Below are positions 9,973 to 19,421 of a stretch of DNA of 64,000 bases, piece after piece. Source of the stretch: a bacterium (lineage in GTDB: Bacteria; SZUA-182; DTGQ01). Under the pieces are notes generated by a model. That model worked only from the letters and a program-made list of their open reading frames with translations, made no database searches and had not been told where the DNA came from. The position numbers were made by a program, and so were the translations under genes. Numbering within the stretch: the stretch's first letter is position 1; each line of letters starts with the position of its first letter. The stretch spans positions 47,407 through 111,406 of the forward strand of contig JBFMGO010000003.1 in assembly GCA_040752695.1 (NCBI GenBank), read 5' to 3'.

Positions 9973-11263
9973 TTTCCAGGTACCGGCTCACCGTGGCTGC
10001 GGACAGATCCTCAGGCAGGGCTTCCAGCACCTGAATTCCTTCCCTCTGCAGGTATTGGAGGAGGACTTTGCGTTCATTCAGTGCTTCGCTGGCAGCCAGG
10101 ATGCAGTACAGATCGGAAACATCCCTGGGGTATTTTTCCTGAAGTGCCACCACCTCACAGTCGCGAATGGTCACGATCAGAGGCAGGTGTCTGGTACGCA
10201 GGATTCTGATCCCATCGAGCAGCCCCTGGCAGTTTTCATGATCCAGAAAGTCGGTAAATATGACCATGAGAGAGCGCCTTTCCTTTTTGAGTAAAAACTG
10301 GCGGAAGAACTCGCGGTAATCGACAAACGTGGAACTGGGATTAACCCCGTTCAGTCGCCTCAGGCAATAGCCAAACTGGGCCTTTCCTTTTTTGGCGGGC
10401 AGGAAAATATCCAGACCGCTGCTGAATGCGGCCATACCCACCCGGTCGTCCTGCCGAATGGCCAGGTGAGCCAGAATAAGGGCGGCCTTCAGTGCGCAAT
10501 CGAACTTCGACCCATCAAAGATGCGGGTAGCCATCATCCTGCCGGCATCAAGGCACAGATAAATGGTCTGGCTGCGCTCGGTTTCGTGGACCCTGGTAAT
10601 GGGCTTTTGCTTTCTGGCCGTAGCCTTCCAGTCTATATCCCGGAAAGGATCATCCGGCAGGTATTCTCTCAGCTTCTGGAACTCGCGGCCTTCCCCTTCC
10701 CTGCGCAAAAGATGAAGTCCTTCATTGGCGAAAGAGTGGGGGTAGCGGGCGAGCAATCGAAACCTTCTTAAGTCCTGGAGCACGGGGTAGGCGGTGATTT
10801 TGGTCCTGCTCTCTTTTTTCCCCTGATAGAAGGAAAGTCCCAAGGGGCCGATCAGCCGGAAATGGATATCTCCGAATTCGTAATTCCCTCTCTGGCCGGG
10901 ATAGACCCGGTAGCGGATACGCTCATGCCGGAAAGGAGGGAGGGAGATCTGCAGGTCCTGAAAATCGGTTCCGCATGCGGGGGGAAAATCGTCACGCACC
11001 TGAAGCCGAAGTGTGCGCTGGCTGCGGTTTTCAATATGCAGGGCCACCACATTCGGCTGGCCGAGGGTAAGTGTATGAGGAAGATCGCGCGAGAGGTTGT
11101 ACCCTTTGCGGGATCTGGCCATCAGATAGTCAATCAGGCCGAGAAAGATAATCAGAAAATCGTAAAGAGCGATGGCCGGGACCAGACTGGGACGAAACCC
11201 TGCAAAAAGAAGCGGAATGAGGCCAATACTCAGGAAAAGCAAGGTCCTTGGAGTAGGCAGCAT
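9950..11263 (-). CDS. DUF58 domain protein (MoxR-associated, VWA-like)
   Basis: EFQKLREYLPDD..RDIDWKATAR, LDAGRMM, DRVG, IFTD. Confidence 0.92.
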   Translation of the reverse strand: MLPTPRTLLFLSIGLIPLLFAGFRPSLVPAIALYDFLIIFLGLIDYLMARSRKGYNLSRDLPHTLTLGQPNVVALHIENRSQRTLRLQVRDDFPPACGTDFQDLQISLPPFRHERIRYRVYPGQRGNYEFGDIHFRLIGPLGLSFYQGKKESRTKITAYPVLQDLRRFRLLARYPHSFANEGLHLLRREGEGREFQKLREYLPDDPFRDIDWKATARKQKPITRVHETERSQTIYLCLDAGRMMATRIFDGSKFDCALKAALILAHLAIRQDDRVGMAAFSSGLDIFLPAKKGKAQFGYCLRRLNGVNPSSTFVDYREFFRQFLLKKERRSLMVIFTDFLDHENCQGLLDGIRILRTRHLPLIVTIRDCEVVALQEKYPRDVSDLYCILAASEALNERKVLLQYLQREGIQVLEALPEDLSAATVSRYLEIKRKGML

Positions 11264-11315
11264 ACTTAACTGTACACCTCTTATCTGTAAACCCGCTTAA
11301 TAAGCGGGTTCATAA

Positions 11316-11352
11316 GTCCCTGGTAAAATTTATCAGGGACTTTATCAGGGAC
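11316..11352. repeat. Putative integrase arm-type binding sites
   Basis: tttatcagggac twice in tandem (11329-11340, 11341-11352) plus an inverted 11/12 copy gtccctggtaaa (11316-11327), next to the left direct repeat. Confidence 0.6.
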
Positions 11353-11381
11353 TTGAATTGATTTTGAAAAAATTCTCCCTT

Positions 11382-12323
11382 TCATATCTCGCATTCCTTC
11401 TCTTCTTTTTCTACTATCATCAAATTACTCTCTTCCTCAAATATCTCCATAGCGGCCCGCTCGGCCTCCCCAATGCTGTGCAGATAAATCTCCGTCGTCC
11501 TTGGGCTCTCATGGCCTATAGTGATTTGCAGTCGTATGTACTACACGTAATCTGCTGTCGTTGCTGGTTCAGTGGCAGTGATTGTAGTCCGCTTAAGTGA
11601 AAACCGCTATAAGATCCGCTGAATGGCTCCTATACTTACCTTGCTGCTGTTGCCCATGATTGAGGCCCTCAAGTGCCGGAGAGCATGAAACCCAAATTCT
11701 TTTACTTCTGCCTCCCGGCAAAGAACTTTCATAATTCTCCACCTGCGATTGTATGGACCGCGTTTCTTCTCCCCTGTTCGATCCCAGTACTCGTGCCAGA
11801 ATATCCAGGGCATGGTTTTGTCTCGTTCCTTCCATTTACGAAGAAGGATCTCATACAGCCTTTTTGTAAAAGGAGGCTTTTGTTTTTCCCCCAATTGTAA
11901 AGTGCTCTCAGGTGGGTAATTTCCCTATTGCCAGCATGGATGCTTACCGCTTTTGCTCGTTCCTGGACATATTGGCTTATCTCAACCTGGGTAACTTTAT
12001 CAGCAGGCAGATCATGCCATCGTGCTACCCATCTGCGGGCCATATATCGAATTTGCTGGAAGTGTTTTTCGGCGCACCAGACCTGCAAAATAGGCAAGCC
12101 GCCTGTTCACAAGCTCAAAGAAGGTTAAAGAGGTCTTTTCGGTAATCTGGGGGGTCGTCAGTTCCGCCCGTTTTTTGTCCTCTGCTTCTTTGGCTTCGGT
12201 CTTGGTTTTGAAGTCTGGACTTTGGTACCTTTTCCCTTTTAGCTGGAAGTCGTACCTCCAGACCTTTACCTTTTTTACCTGCCCCTTTATTTTCTTTTTG
12301 ATCTGAATGGGAAATACGGTCAT
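11382..12323 (-). pseudogene. Tyrosine recombinase / phage integrase pseudogene
   Basis: Arm-binding-like WRYDFQLKGKRY, core NREITHLRALYNWG, FHALRH, and QRIL|GHESPRTTEIY across several frames; box I Arg region appears deleted. Confidence 0.88.
11519..11609. mobile_element. 91 bp MITE with TA target duplication inside the integrase
   Basis: TA at 11517-11518 and 11610-11611; imperfect terminal IRs TAGTGATTTGCAGT / TAGCGGTTTTCACT; removal restores CAG CGG ATC TTA GGC CAT (QRILGH). Confidence 0.8.
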
Positions 12324-12406
12324 ACAGCTCTTTCTTGTAAGGATTTTAGGTGTTATCTGAATTTTTTGAGCTATATTATCCATATCTATCTAATTTGTCA
12401 AATCAA

Positions 12407-12627
12407 CTGACGCGCCTTCTGGCCGTGCTTCCTACAGGCTGCGGGAAAAGACCATTATCTTTTCCGAATTAGCCCGTAGATCGAGGCGTAAGACCTTGAT
12501 CCTGGCGCACAGGGACGAACTGATTCGCCAGGCTGCGGATAAGGTCCGGATGGTTTGGCCGGACGCGGTCGTGGGCATGGTGAGGGGACGAGAGAATGAT
12601 TTTCACCTAAAGAAGGTGGTCTGCGCT
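12407..12627 (+). pseudogene. SF2 (DEAD/DEAH, type III Res-like) helicase N-terminal fragment
   Basis: LAVLPTGCGK / KTIIFSELA Walker A broken by a frameshift, followed by TLILAHRDELIRQAADK (motif Ia). Confidence 0.8.
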
Positions 12628-12939
12628 GTGGAGCCGGTCATTGGCATCATCAAGGAAGTGTTAGGCTTCCGGCAGTTTTCCCTGCGAGGCCTGGTGGCAG
12701 TCTCAGGTGAGTGGTGCCTGGTATGTTTAGCCTATAACCTCAAGCGGTTGCATGTGCTGATCTATAAAACTACGGCTTGTTGCTATGCACTTCTAAGCGG
12801 GAAAAGGGTGGTTTATTTTGCTCCAAAATCGCCTTTGCTTATAAAAGTTGCATCACTGATACCAGTATCACTATGGGCAAAAATCACGTATTGGGTCTGC
12901 GCAGAGATGAATATCATTCCCTCTCCGACAGCCTCCTAG
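12628..12939 (+). mobile_element. IS transposase 3' remnant, IS1182-like, with right end
   Basis: VEPVIGIIKEVLGFRQFSLRG...EWCLVCLAYNLKRL DDE C-terminal motif; ends tctccgacagcctc followed by ctag. Confidence 0.78.
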
Positions 12940-12964
12940 GAGAAGATAATGGTAAATAGCATAC

Positions 12965-13927
12965 TTAACGGGGCACCTCTATGCTCTGGATGATTCGCGT
13001 AAGAATGTCCTCAACGGATACGCCTTCCATCTCCACCTCAGGCCCGAGCACCAGCCTGTGGCGGAGAACCGGATACAGCATGGACTGAATGTCATCCGGA
13101 GTGACAAAGGTGCGATCCGACAGGAGGGCCTTTCCCTTGGCTGCCAAAAGCAGGGCGATTGAAGCCCGGGGCCCTGCGCCGAAAAGGAATTCTGCATGAT
13201 TTCGCGTGGCCCTCACCAGGTCCCTGATATAATGGATCAGGGAATATTCAATCGTGATCCGGTTCAGGGCATCTTTCGCCAGCTCGAAGTCTTCCAGCCT
13301 GAGCCTTGGTCTGATCAGGTTCTCCACCTGCTCGGGGCGAAAGCCCTGGTGATATTTCACGAGTATGGCAGATTCGGATTCCGGATCGGGATAATCGATT
13401 TTGACTTTGAAAAAAAACCGGTCCAATTGTGCTTCAGGAAGCGGGTAGGTACCCTCGAATTCAATCGGGTTCTGGGTGGCGAAAACCGTAAAGAAAGGCG
13501 AGAGCGGATAGGTGGTTCCATCGATAGAAACCTTTTTTTCTTCCATAGCTTCCAAAAGCGCGGCCTGGGTTTTGGCAGGAGCCCGGTTGATTTCATCGGC
13601 CAGGAGAAAGTCGGTAAAAATCGGCCCCCGTGAAAAATAAAACTGATTGGATCTCAGGTCAAAAATATTATTACCAGTAATATCCGAAGGCATAAGATCA
13701 GGAGTAAACTGAATGCGTTTGAAACTGCCCTGAATGATTCTGGCCAGGATTCTGACCATCAGGGTCTTGGCTGTACCGGGTACCCCTTCAAGCAGCATGT
13801 TCCCCCGGCAAAGAAGGCAGATGAGTATCTGATCCAGTATTTCTCTTTGCCCGATGATAACCTTGGACATCTCCCCCTCAATGGCCTGTTTAAGACTGGC
13901 CATGTGACTGACGATGTGCTCTTCCAT
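12965..13927 (-). CDS. moxR: MoxR family AAA+ ATPase
   Basis: EGVPGTAKT, RIQFTPDLMPSD, LADEINRAPAKTQAALLEAM, ATQNPIE, PLPEAQLDRF. Confidence 0.96.
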   Translation of the reverse strand: MEEHIVSHMASLKQAIEGEMSKVIIGQREILDQILICLLCRGNMLLEGVPGTAKTLMVRILARIIQGSFKRIQFTPDLMPSDITGNNIFDLRSNQFYFSRGPIFTDFLLADEINRAPAKTQAALLEAMEEKKVSIDGTTYPLSPFFTVFATQNPIEFEGTYPLPEAQLDRFFFKVKIDYPDPESESAILVKYHQGFRPEQVENLIRPRLRLEDFELAKDALNRITIEYSLIHYIRDLVRATRNHAEFLFGAGPRASIALLLAAKGKALLSDRTFVTPDDIQSMLYPVLRHRLVLGPEVEMEGVSVEDILTRIIQSIEVPR

Positions 13928-15143
13928 AGACTTCCTTTCTGTAGGTGACTAATTTTTGGGTAAATCGGACCGCCTCGGCAGCCTGAATTTTTCTCCCCCT
14001 TCCCTCTTTTTCTTCTTTGCAGGTGGTCAATTTCGTTTTTTCTCTCTCCAGTTCAAGATCCCTGAAAGCTTCCGGTTCGCCCTGTCTGCCGGCTCTGGCG
14101 GAAGAATCAGGCATCAGGTTGTCATAGAGCCATTGGATGGTTTCCGGAACCAGCCCTACCCTCTGGTAAACTCTGGCCATGGCCTTAATCGAATCGGAAG
14201 AAGGCCGCAGGCGGGGAGCCGTAATCGTGTTTATCTCTCCCCAGGACTTACGATGGAGATAGATCCAGCTTAAGACGATGAGGAGAAGCTGGCAGAGAAA
14301 AAACTGAAACGACCTTTTCCACAGATATCCGGGAATGGACAGATCGTGAGAAAATCCATGGTGATACTCGTCAAAGTAAAGATTTTCCGAGCCATACCTG
14401 TTCAGAAGCCGGGAGAGAAAGATCAGGTTGTCACCCTTTGTCAGATTCTGATTCCCAAAGAACTGCGGATCTCCAAGAACGATCAGATTGCCCTGGCCGT
14501 AGCGGACCATGACCATAAGCGGCCCTTTGCGGTCTTCGAACAGCGAGAGAAAATTTCTTCCCTTTTTAGTGGGTGTACTATTCCCTGTACCTCTTTTTTG
14601 CCGAAAGTGCATACTGGCTGGCCCAAAATCGAGGGACAGTCCGCCTGTAAGCTGGTTGAGCCTGCCAGGTACCTGGTAAGCACCTCCTCCCGGCCTTGAG
14701 AAGGGCTCCAATTCAGGATAAAGCAAGGGGTCAGGGTACGAATTGGGATCATCACGGGACCTGTTCCTTACGAAAGAGAGGGAAAAGACGTTCATGAGGG
14801 GGTGCTCGGAATCTGTGGCCAAAACATAGGTACCGCCCTGATGAATCCAGGCCAGGGTGTTCAGCTTCTCTTTTTGCGAAAATCCATGCGGATTGAGGGA
14901 AAAGCAAAGACCCGGATTCAGGGTCTGATCGACCGGCTGGGTAATTCTTTCGGGCGCATATCCGGTTTCCTGGCTGAAGAGGAAAAGCGCTTTACTCCCC
15001 TTTGGATCGCTGCGAAACGTAGAACAGGGAGAGGAAAACTGGCTCCTTGAGACAAGGTCAGGAAAGAAAAGAATGACCAGAATCGCAGGCATAAGGAGAA
15101 GAAAAAAAAACCCCCAGAATAATCCATACCTTGGCTCAGACAT
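13890..15143 (-). CDS. DUF4350 domain membrane protein
   Basis: N-terminal TM, STFRSDPKGSKAL, GQGNLIVL, FDEYHHG, second TM; MoxR operon context. Confidence 0.8.
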   Translation of the reverse strand: MSEPRYGLFWGFFFLLLMPAILVILFFPDLVSRSQFSSPCSTFRSDPKGSKALFLFSQETGYAPERITQPVDQTLNPGLCFSLNPHGFSQKEKLNTLAWIHQGGTYVLATDSEHPLMNVFSLSFVRNRSRDDPNSYPDPLLYPELEPFSRPGGGAYQVPGRLNQLTGGLSLDFGPASMHFRQKRGTGNSTPTKKGRNFLSLFEDRKGPLMVMVRYGQGNLIVLGDPQFFGNQNLTKGDNLIFLSRLLNRYGSENLYFDEYHHGFSHDLSIPGYLWKRSFQFFLCQLLLIVLSWIYLHRKSWGEINTITAPRLRPSSDSIKAMARVYQRVGLVPETIQWLYDNLMPDSSARAGRQGEPEAFRDLELEREKTKLTTCKEEKEGRGRKIQAAEAVRFTQKLVTYRKEVYGRAHRQSHGQS

Positions 15144-16176
15144 TCAAGACTCCTCTGACCGCTTGCCGGTACCTTTGATAGTCAGCCTGAGGCAGAGGAT
15201 GACGGCCATACCAGACCAGATCGAAACTGTGAGTCAACTCCCGAAAGAGGACTTTGGCCTTTTGCTCTCCCCGAAACTGAATCAAATAGTTCCAGTTGGT
15301 CCGACAGCGATGAAAATCGATATAGTTAAGGCGATGGAAACCCACCAGGAGGGCCAGATAGAGACTGCGGAATGCCTCTCGGGTTTTTCCCTGCGACATG
15401 AAAAGGTCCGCCTGCCCGGCCCAGTATCCGGGCGATTCTCTCAGGGAGTCGGGCAGATTGAGAGCCGCATGCTGAGGAGGCAGTACCTCGCCTTCTTCCT
15501 GGTTGCAGATGAGGGACTGGCCGAACTTGGCCAGAATAATCAGCATGGCAATGGCCAGAGCAGCCATCAGTGCATAGACACTCCACGGGTTGGAAACCCA
15601 GGACAACAGCCCTGGACGGACCGTCGATGTTCTGAACCAGTTCCCCATGGTGTTAAAGATCTTCGCTGTAAACCTGACCATCTTTTTGAACAACCAGAAA
15701 ACCCAGTTCAGGAATCGGACTGGCCACTGCACCGGGTCTTTCTTGATCTGATTATACTGAAATTCCGGCCTGGACAAAATGGTCTGCAAAACCTGACGTT
15801 CCTTTTTTCCTTCTTCGGCATAGAGGGAAGGAGCGGAGTCTCTTTCAAGAATCAACGGGATTTTTGGCTGAATCCGAAGGCGGTCGGATCTTTTGAGCTG
15901 ATCCTCCCGGCTGAGAGAGCAAAGATTTTGCCACTCCAGTGTCGGGGAGTGAAACCAAAAAGATATAAAGGCACAGCGGGAATTATGCTGCATGGTCAAG
16001 GGATTTTTCTGCATCTTGGTACCCGTTTGGAATGATGAAATGAGAAATAGTAATGAAACCATACAGATACAGATACACAGAGGGAATGAAACCCTCGTTC
16101 TCTCCGTGCCTTGCGTGCTTCTCTTTAAGGTCTTTTTCTTCTCCCTCAGGCTGCTCGTCCGGCTCAATGGATTCAT
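15136..16176 (-). CDS. DUF4129 domain membrane protein
   Basis: ILSRPEF, REAFRSLYLALL, RTNWNY, FDLVWYG. Confidence 0.8.
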   Translation of the reverse strand: MNPLSRTSSLREKKKTLKRSTQGTERTRVSFPLCICICMVSLLFLISSFQTGTKMQKNPLTMQHNSRCAFISFWFHSPTLEWQNLCSLSREDQLKRSDRLRIQPKIPLILERDSAPSLYAEEGKKERQVLQTILSRPEFQYNQIKKDPVQWPVRFLNWVFWLFKKMVRFTAKIFNTMGNWFRTSTVRPGLLSWVSNPWSVYALMAALAIAMLIILAKFGQSLICNQEEGEVLPPQHAALNLPDSLRESPGYWAGQADLFMSQGKTREAFRSLYLALLVGFHRLNYIDFHRCRTNWNYLIQFRGEQKAKVLFRELTHSFDLVWYGRHPLPQADYQRYRQAVRGVLNV

Positions 16177-17030
16177 TGGTCACACCTTTTTTTTATCAGG
16201 CGGTCTGCCATCTGCCGAAGGTCATAGCCCTCTTTGCGTACTTTACAGTCGTGGTACAACAGCCAGCCGGAAGCAGCCCGCAAAGGCTCGGTGAGCAGAA
16301 AACTGACGCCCAGGACAAGATAAAGATAGGTCTGGTTGGAAAAGCTGAAAAAATTCTGCCAATAACTGATATTCACATCAAACACCGAATGGAGCATACT
16401 GAGTATAAAGTACAGGCCAATCAGAATATTAGCGGCTATCATTCCCCAGAGCACGAAGATGATAAGATGAATGCCGAGGCAGCGCCGGAAAAACCCCGGC
16501 ATGCGGCTTCGAACGGCCTTCAGTGCATGCAGGGGAGGCAGCCCCTCCAGAGTAACCAGGGAAAGAGCAGGAGAAAATCCTCCTCCCAGCACAAGGTAAG
16601 GGATAAAGAGGAGGAAGGCCGAGAGGACGAAAAAAGAGCCCCAGGTTGCTGCAAAGGCGCACAGGGATATCCCCTTTTTTAAAGCCTCAAGAAGCGAGGT
16701 TCCTACGGGTGCGGGCCGGCCGGTAAATATCCGGTCAAGCGCGACCGTTTGGGCTCCCAGGAGGACGGTCCGCCAGAAAAAGAGCACCGTGAGACAGAAA
16801 GACCAGATCGAGATGGATTGGAAAGGCCCCCTGCTTGTCAGTGCCAGTGGCGAAAATTTAAGTACGGCAAAAAAATAGTAGAAAGAAAGAAAGGTCAGGA
16901 CGAAAGGCAGACTCCCCAAAAGGACCAGCGGCCAGATCTGCCCTGGAGCCTGCCGATAAAGACCGAATCCCCAGTCCAGGATATCTGCGGTCTGCATAGA
17001 CTCAGGATACCGATAGGCAGTAATGTTCAC
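16173..17030 (-). CDS. Multi-pass membrane protein of the MoxR/DUF58 operon
   Basis: DILDWGFGLYR, multiple TMs, LYHDCKVRKEGYDL C-terminal motif; start uncertain (GTG 17030 chosen to avoid overlap with the upstream gene). Confidence 0.75.
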   Translation of the reverse strand: MNITAYRYPESMQTADILDWGFGLYRQAPGQIWPLVLLGSLPFVLTFLSFYYFFAVLKFSPLALTSRGPFQSISIWSFCLTVLFFWRTVLLGAQTVALDRIFTGRPAPVGTSLLEALKKGISLCAFAATWGSFFVLSAFLLFIPYLVLGGGFSPALSLVTLEGLPPLHALKAVRSRMPGFFRRCLGIHLIIFVLWGMIAANILIGLYFILSMLHSVFDVNISYWQNFFSFSNQTYLYLVLGVSFLLTEPLRAASGWLLYHDCKVRKEGYDLRQMADRLIKKRCDQ

Positions 17031-17044
17031 TGTTTCTGAAGCAA

Positions 17045-17338
17045 TCAGAGGCGAATCCATAGAGCTCCCAAAAGATAGAAGGTCCCCCAGATTAAAAGCC
17101 CCCCTGCAAGGATCAGAAAAAGATTGGATAGAGAAAGCTGCCGGTAATGCCGGGGAACTTGATTTGACTGAAGCCGGTGAAGGGTGGACAGGCAATTCTG
17201 GCAGTAATTGATTCCATCTACCCTGGTGGAGCATTCACTGCACATGGAAGTACGGCACTGAACACACAGGCCAATAGCCTTGCGTTGAGGATGCAAAGAG
17301 CAGCTATGAGGTAAAAACGAACGATCATTGATTGCCAT
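17045..17338 (-). CDS. Small B-box-type zinc-finger protein with C-terminal TM
   Basis: CSLHP...CVQC...CSEC...CQNC followed by a hydrophobic segment. Confidence 0.75.
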   Translation of the reverse strand: MAINDRSFLPHSCSLHPQRKAIGLCVQCRTSMCSECSTRVDGINYCQNCLSTLHRLQSNQVPRHYRQLSLSNLFLILAGGLLIWGTFYLLGALWIRL

Positions 17339-17341
17339 ATA

Positions 17342-18217
17342 TTACCTTATATGCATCATCATCCCTATCGCGACGGCCAAAAGAGCCGCGGCTATGCCGA
17401 TGAGAGAGGGAACAAGAATAAAGGCCAGCATGGTCCGGCCTGTGGAAAGCCTGTGCAGCCGCTTCAATCCGCTGAAGATAATGAACACATTCAGGGTTCC
17501 CGCCAGCAGGCTGATTATGAAAGCATTCATGACGGGAATCGCTCCCAGCACCTGAGTGGCGCTCGCATAGCCAACGATTCGAAAGGTTTGATGAAAGTCT
17601 CTCTTTTTAAACTGCAACCGTATCCCCAAATGAATAGATGCTGCGCTCACAAAAAGGATAGCCGGAACGGCAATGAACCACAAGGGGACCAGAGCGATCA
17701 ATCCCAGGGTTCCTGTCATGAGTCCGGGCAAAGAAGGAAGCCAAGTTCCGGAAAAAAGGACGAGCACGATAGCATGGGCGAAGGACAGGTAGCTGAACGT
17801 CAGGGCCGACATTTTATCCGGTGTCCGGGGAAGCGTATCGAAGAACCCGTGAGAATGAAGAACAATCTCCCTCCAGGTAATCCAGAATCGCTTGTAAAAG
17901 AAGATGGATTTATCCTCCCATGCACAATAGTAGCTGGCATCTGCCACCCTTTCGCAGCAATCCCGGCAGTAGTGGCTTATCTCTCCGGTCGATGGATCAG
18001 TGTGGTAAAGCAGGCATCCGCTGCAGATAAACGTACCGCACCTTTTGCAGATCCCAACGGCTTCGGCCTCGGGATGATACGCGCAGACCGGATGAACACC
18101 TGTCCGCTCTCCGGCGGCAGCGCACTCGGCGCACAGGTGCCCCTCATCGCCGGTCATAAGCGGTTTCAGGCAATTGCAGCAAACGGCGTTTTCCATAGTA
18201 TCTGGTCCCTTCATCAT
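17342..18217 (-). CDS. Yip1-like membrane protein with N-terminal zinc-finger / B-box domains
   Basis: CCNC..CAEC, CAYHP..CKRC..CSGC..CRDC, AWED, TFRIVGYA, several TMs. Confidence 0.78.
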   Translation of the reverse strand: MMKGPDTMENAVCCNCLKPLMTGDEGHLCAECAAAGERTGVHPVCAYHPEAEAVGICKRCGTFICSGCLLYHTDPSTGEISHYCRDCCERVADASYYCAWEDKSIFFYKRFWITWREIVLHSHGFFDTLPRTPDKMSALTFSYLSFAHAIVLVLFSGTWLPSLPGLMTGTLGLIALVPLWFIAVPAILFVSAASIHLGIRLQFKKRDFHQTFRIVGYASATQVLGAIPVMNAFIISLLAGTLNVFIIFSGLKRLHRLSTGRTMLAFILVPSLIGIAAALLAVAIGMMMHIR

Positions 18218-18467
18218 GGTTTTTTTCCAATCCTATCAGATAACCATATCATAAAAAGAGGTTTTCCGTCAAATTAGGAAATTATGATCAACGGATTGAA
18301 GTGCAAGGCGAAGAGCGGGGGGGAGGGGGCAAAGCTGTGGCCCGCCAGGATCTATCGGGCAGTGAAAAAGGGAGTAAAAAAGATTGCAGACAGCACATCG
18401 CAGAACTGACGGGCGCATTACCCCACCTACTCTGGCACCGGATAACTATCCGAACAGATGTTTCCTC

Positions 18468-18496
18468 TTGATTTAATCCTGGGTAGCCAATATAAT
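18468..18496 (+). promoter_or_regulatory. Sigma70-type promoter of HEPN-MNT
   Basis: TTGATT-17bp-TATAAT. Confidence 0.6.
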
Positions 18497-18522
18497 GAAA
18501 TTAATTCCAGGGAGAATGCCTT

Positions 18523-18933
18523 ATGAGCAGCAATGAAAAGAACGGCTTGGATATTCAAAGGATTAGGAACTATTGGATAGAGGAAGCATCAGAAGCGCTC
18601 CAGGTAGCCTGGCATCTGTATGAGAAGAAAGATTATTCCTATTCTCTTTTCTTTGGACACCTTGCTCTAGAGAAGCTTCTAAAAGCCATTTACATAATCA
18701 AAAAAGGCGAACATGCACCTTACATTCATAATCTGCAAAGACTTGCAGAGCTGTCAGGCATTGATTTATCGGATAGACGAAGAGACGATCTTATAAAGAT
18801 TACAACCTTTAATCTTGAGTCAAGATATCCTGATGAGGAAAGAAGTTTCAGAAAAAAATGCACTAATGAATTTACAAAAAAGGAACTGGACCAGATAGAG
18901 GATGTCTTCAGATGGTTAAGGTCAACGATGTAA
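18523..18933 (+). CDS. HEPN domain protein
   Basis: FFGHLALEKLLKA, HNL, ESRYPD. Confidence 0.9.
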   Translation: MSSNEKNGLDIQRIRNYWIEEASEALQVAWHLYEKKDYSYSLFFGHLALEKLLKAIYIIKKGEHAPYIHNLQRLAELSGIDLSDRRRDDLIKITTFNLESRYPDEERSFRKKCTNEFTKKELDQIEDVFRWLRSTM

Positions 18934-19232
18934 TAATAGATAAGGTTAAAAGATTCCTTACTACGTTAAAGGAAAAGGGAATTAGGGTTGAATTCGCTTA
19001 CCTTTTTGGTTCATACGCCAGATGCGCTGAAAATACATGGAGCGATATTGATGTAGCTATTGTCTCTTCTGATTTAACTGGTGATCGCTTTCATGAGCGC
19101 ATCCGCCTGACTAAAATAGCTCAGGAGATCGATAGCCGCATAGAGCCGGTTCCATTTCGCCCTAATACCTTTATTGAAGAAGATCCACTGGTGTGGGAAA
19201 TAAAGAGGAAAGGAATATTTTTCAAACCTTGA
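18912..19232 (+). CDS. Minimal nucleotidyltransferase (MNT)
   Basis: LFGSYAR...SDIDVAIVS. Confidence 0.9.
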   Translation: MVKVNDVIIDKVKRFLTTLKEKGIRVEFAYLFGSYARCAENTWSDIDVAIVSSDLTGDRFHERIRLTKIAQEIDSRIEPVPFRPNTFIEEDPLVWEIKRKGIFFKP

Positions 19233-19393
19233 ATGCCATAAACGTTACATAACATTTCGTAGATAGATGCTCACCATATACACCTTTTTAACAACTCCTT
19301 GAGATCAAAACATAGATCACAGCATTTGCAGACTCTTCGGTAATTGGATCTGTCCGAGAAAAAGGGACCCTGGAAACTGACTCAATTTTATAA

Positions 19394-19421
19394 TTGACTT
19401 ATAGCTGATAAAGCATATAAT
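19394..19421 (+). promoter_or_regulatory. Sigma70-type promoter upstream of the oxidative-stress operon
   Basis: TTGACT-16bp-TATAAT. Confidence 0.55.

Larger units (their letters stand above)
11259..12980. mobile_element. Decayed integrative element (about 1.7 kb) inserted at the moxR/DUF58 junction
   Basis: Flanking direct repeats agcatacttaac-N4-cacctct at 11259-11281 and 12958-12980; integrase, helicase and IS remnants inside. Confidence 0.85.

Noticed and set aside
15073..16035. 320 aa plus-strand ORF
   Set aside because: Antisense shadow of the DUF4129 gene with no recognisable motifs
17031..17234. N-terminal 68 aa extension of the 353 aa membrane ORF
   Set aside because: Overlaps the convincing B-box gene on the same strand; a later start is more plausible
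17351..18277. 308 aa plus-strand ORF
   Set aside because: Antisense shadow of the Yip1-like gene
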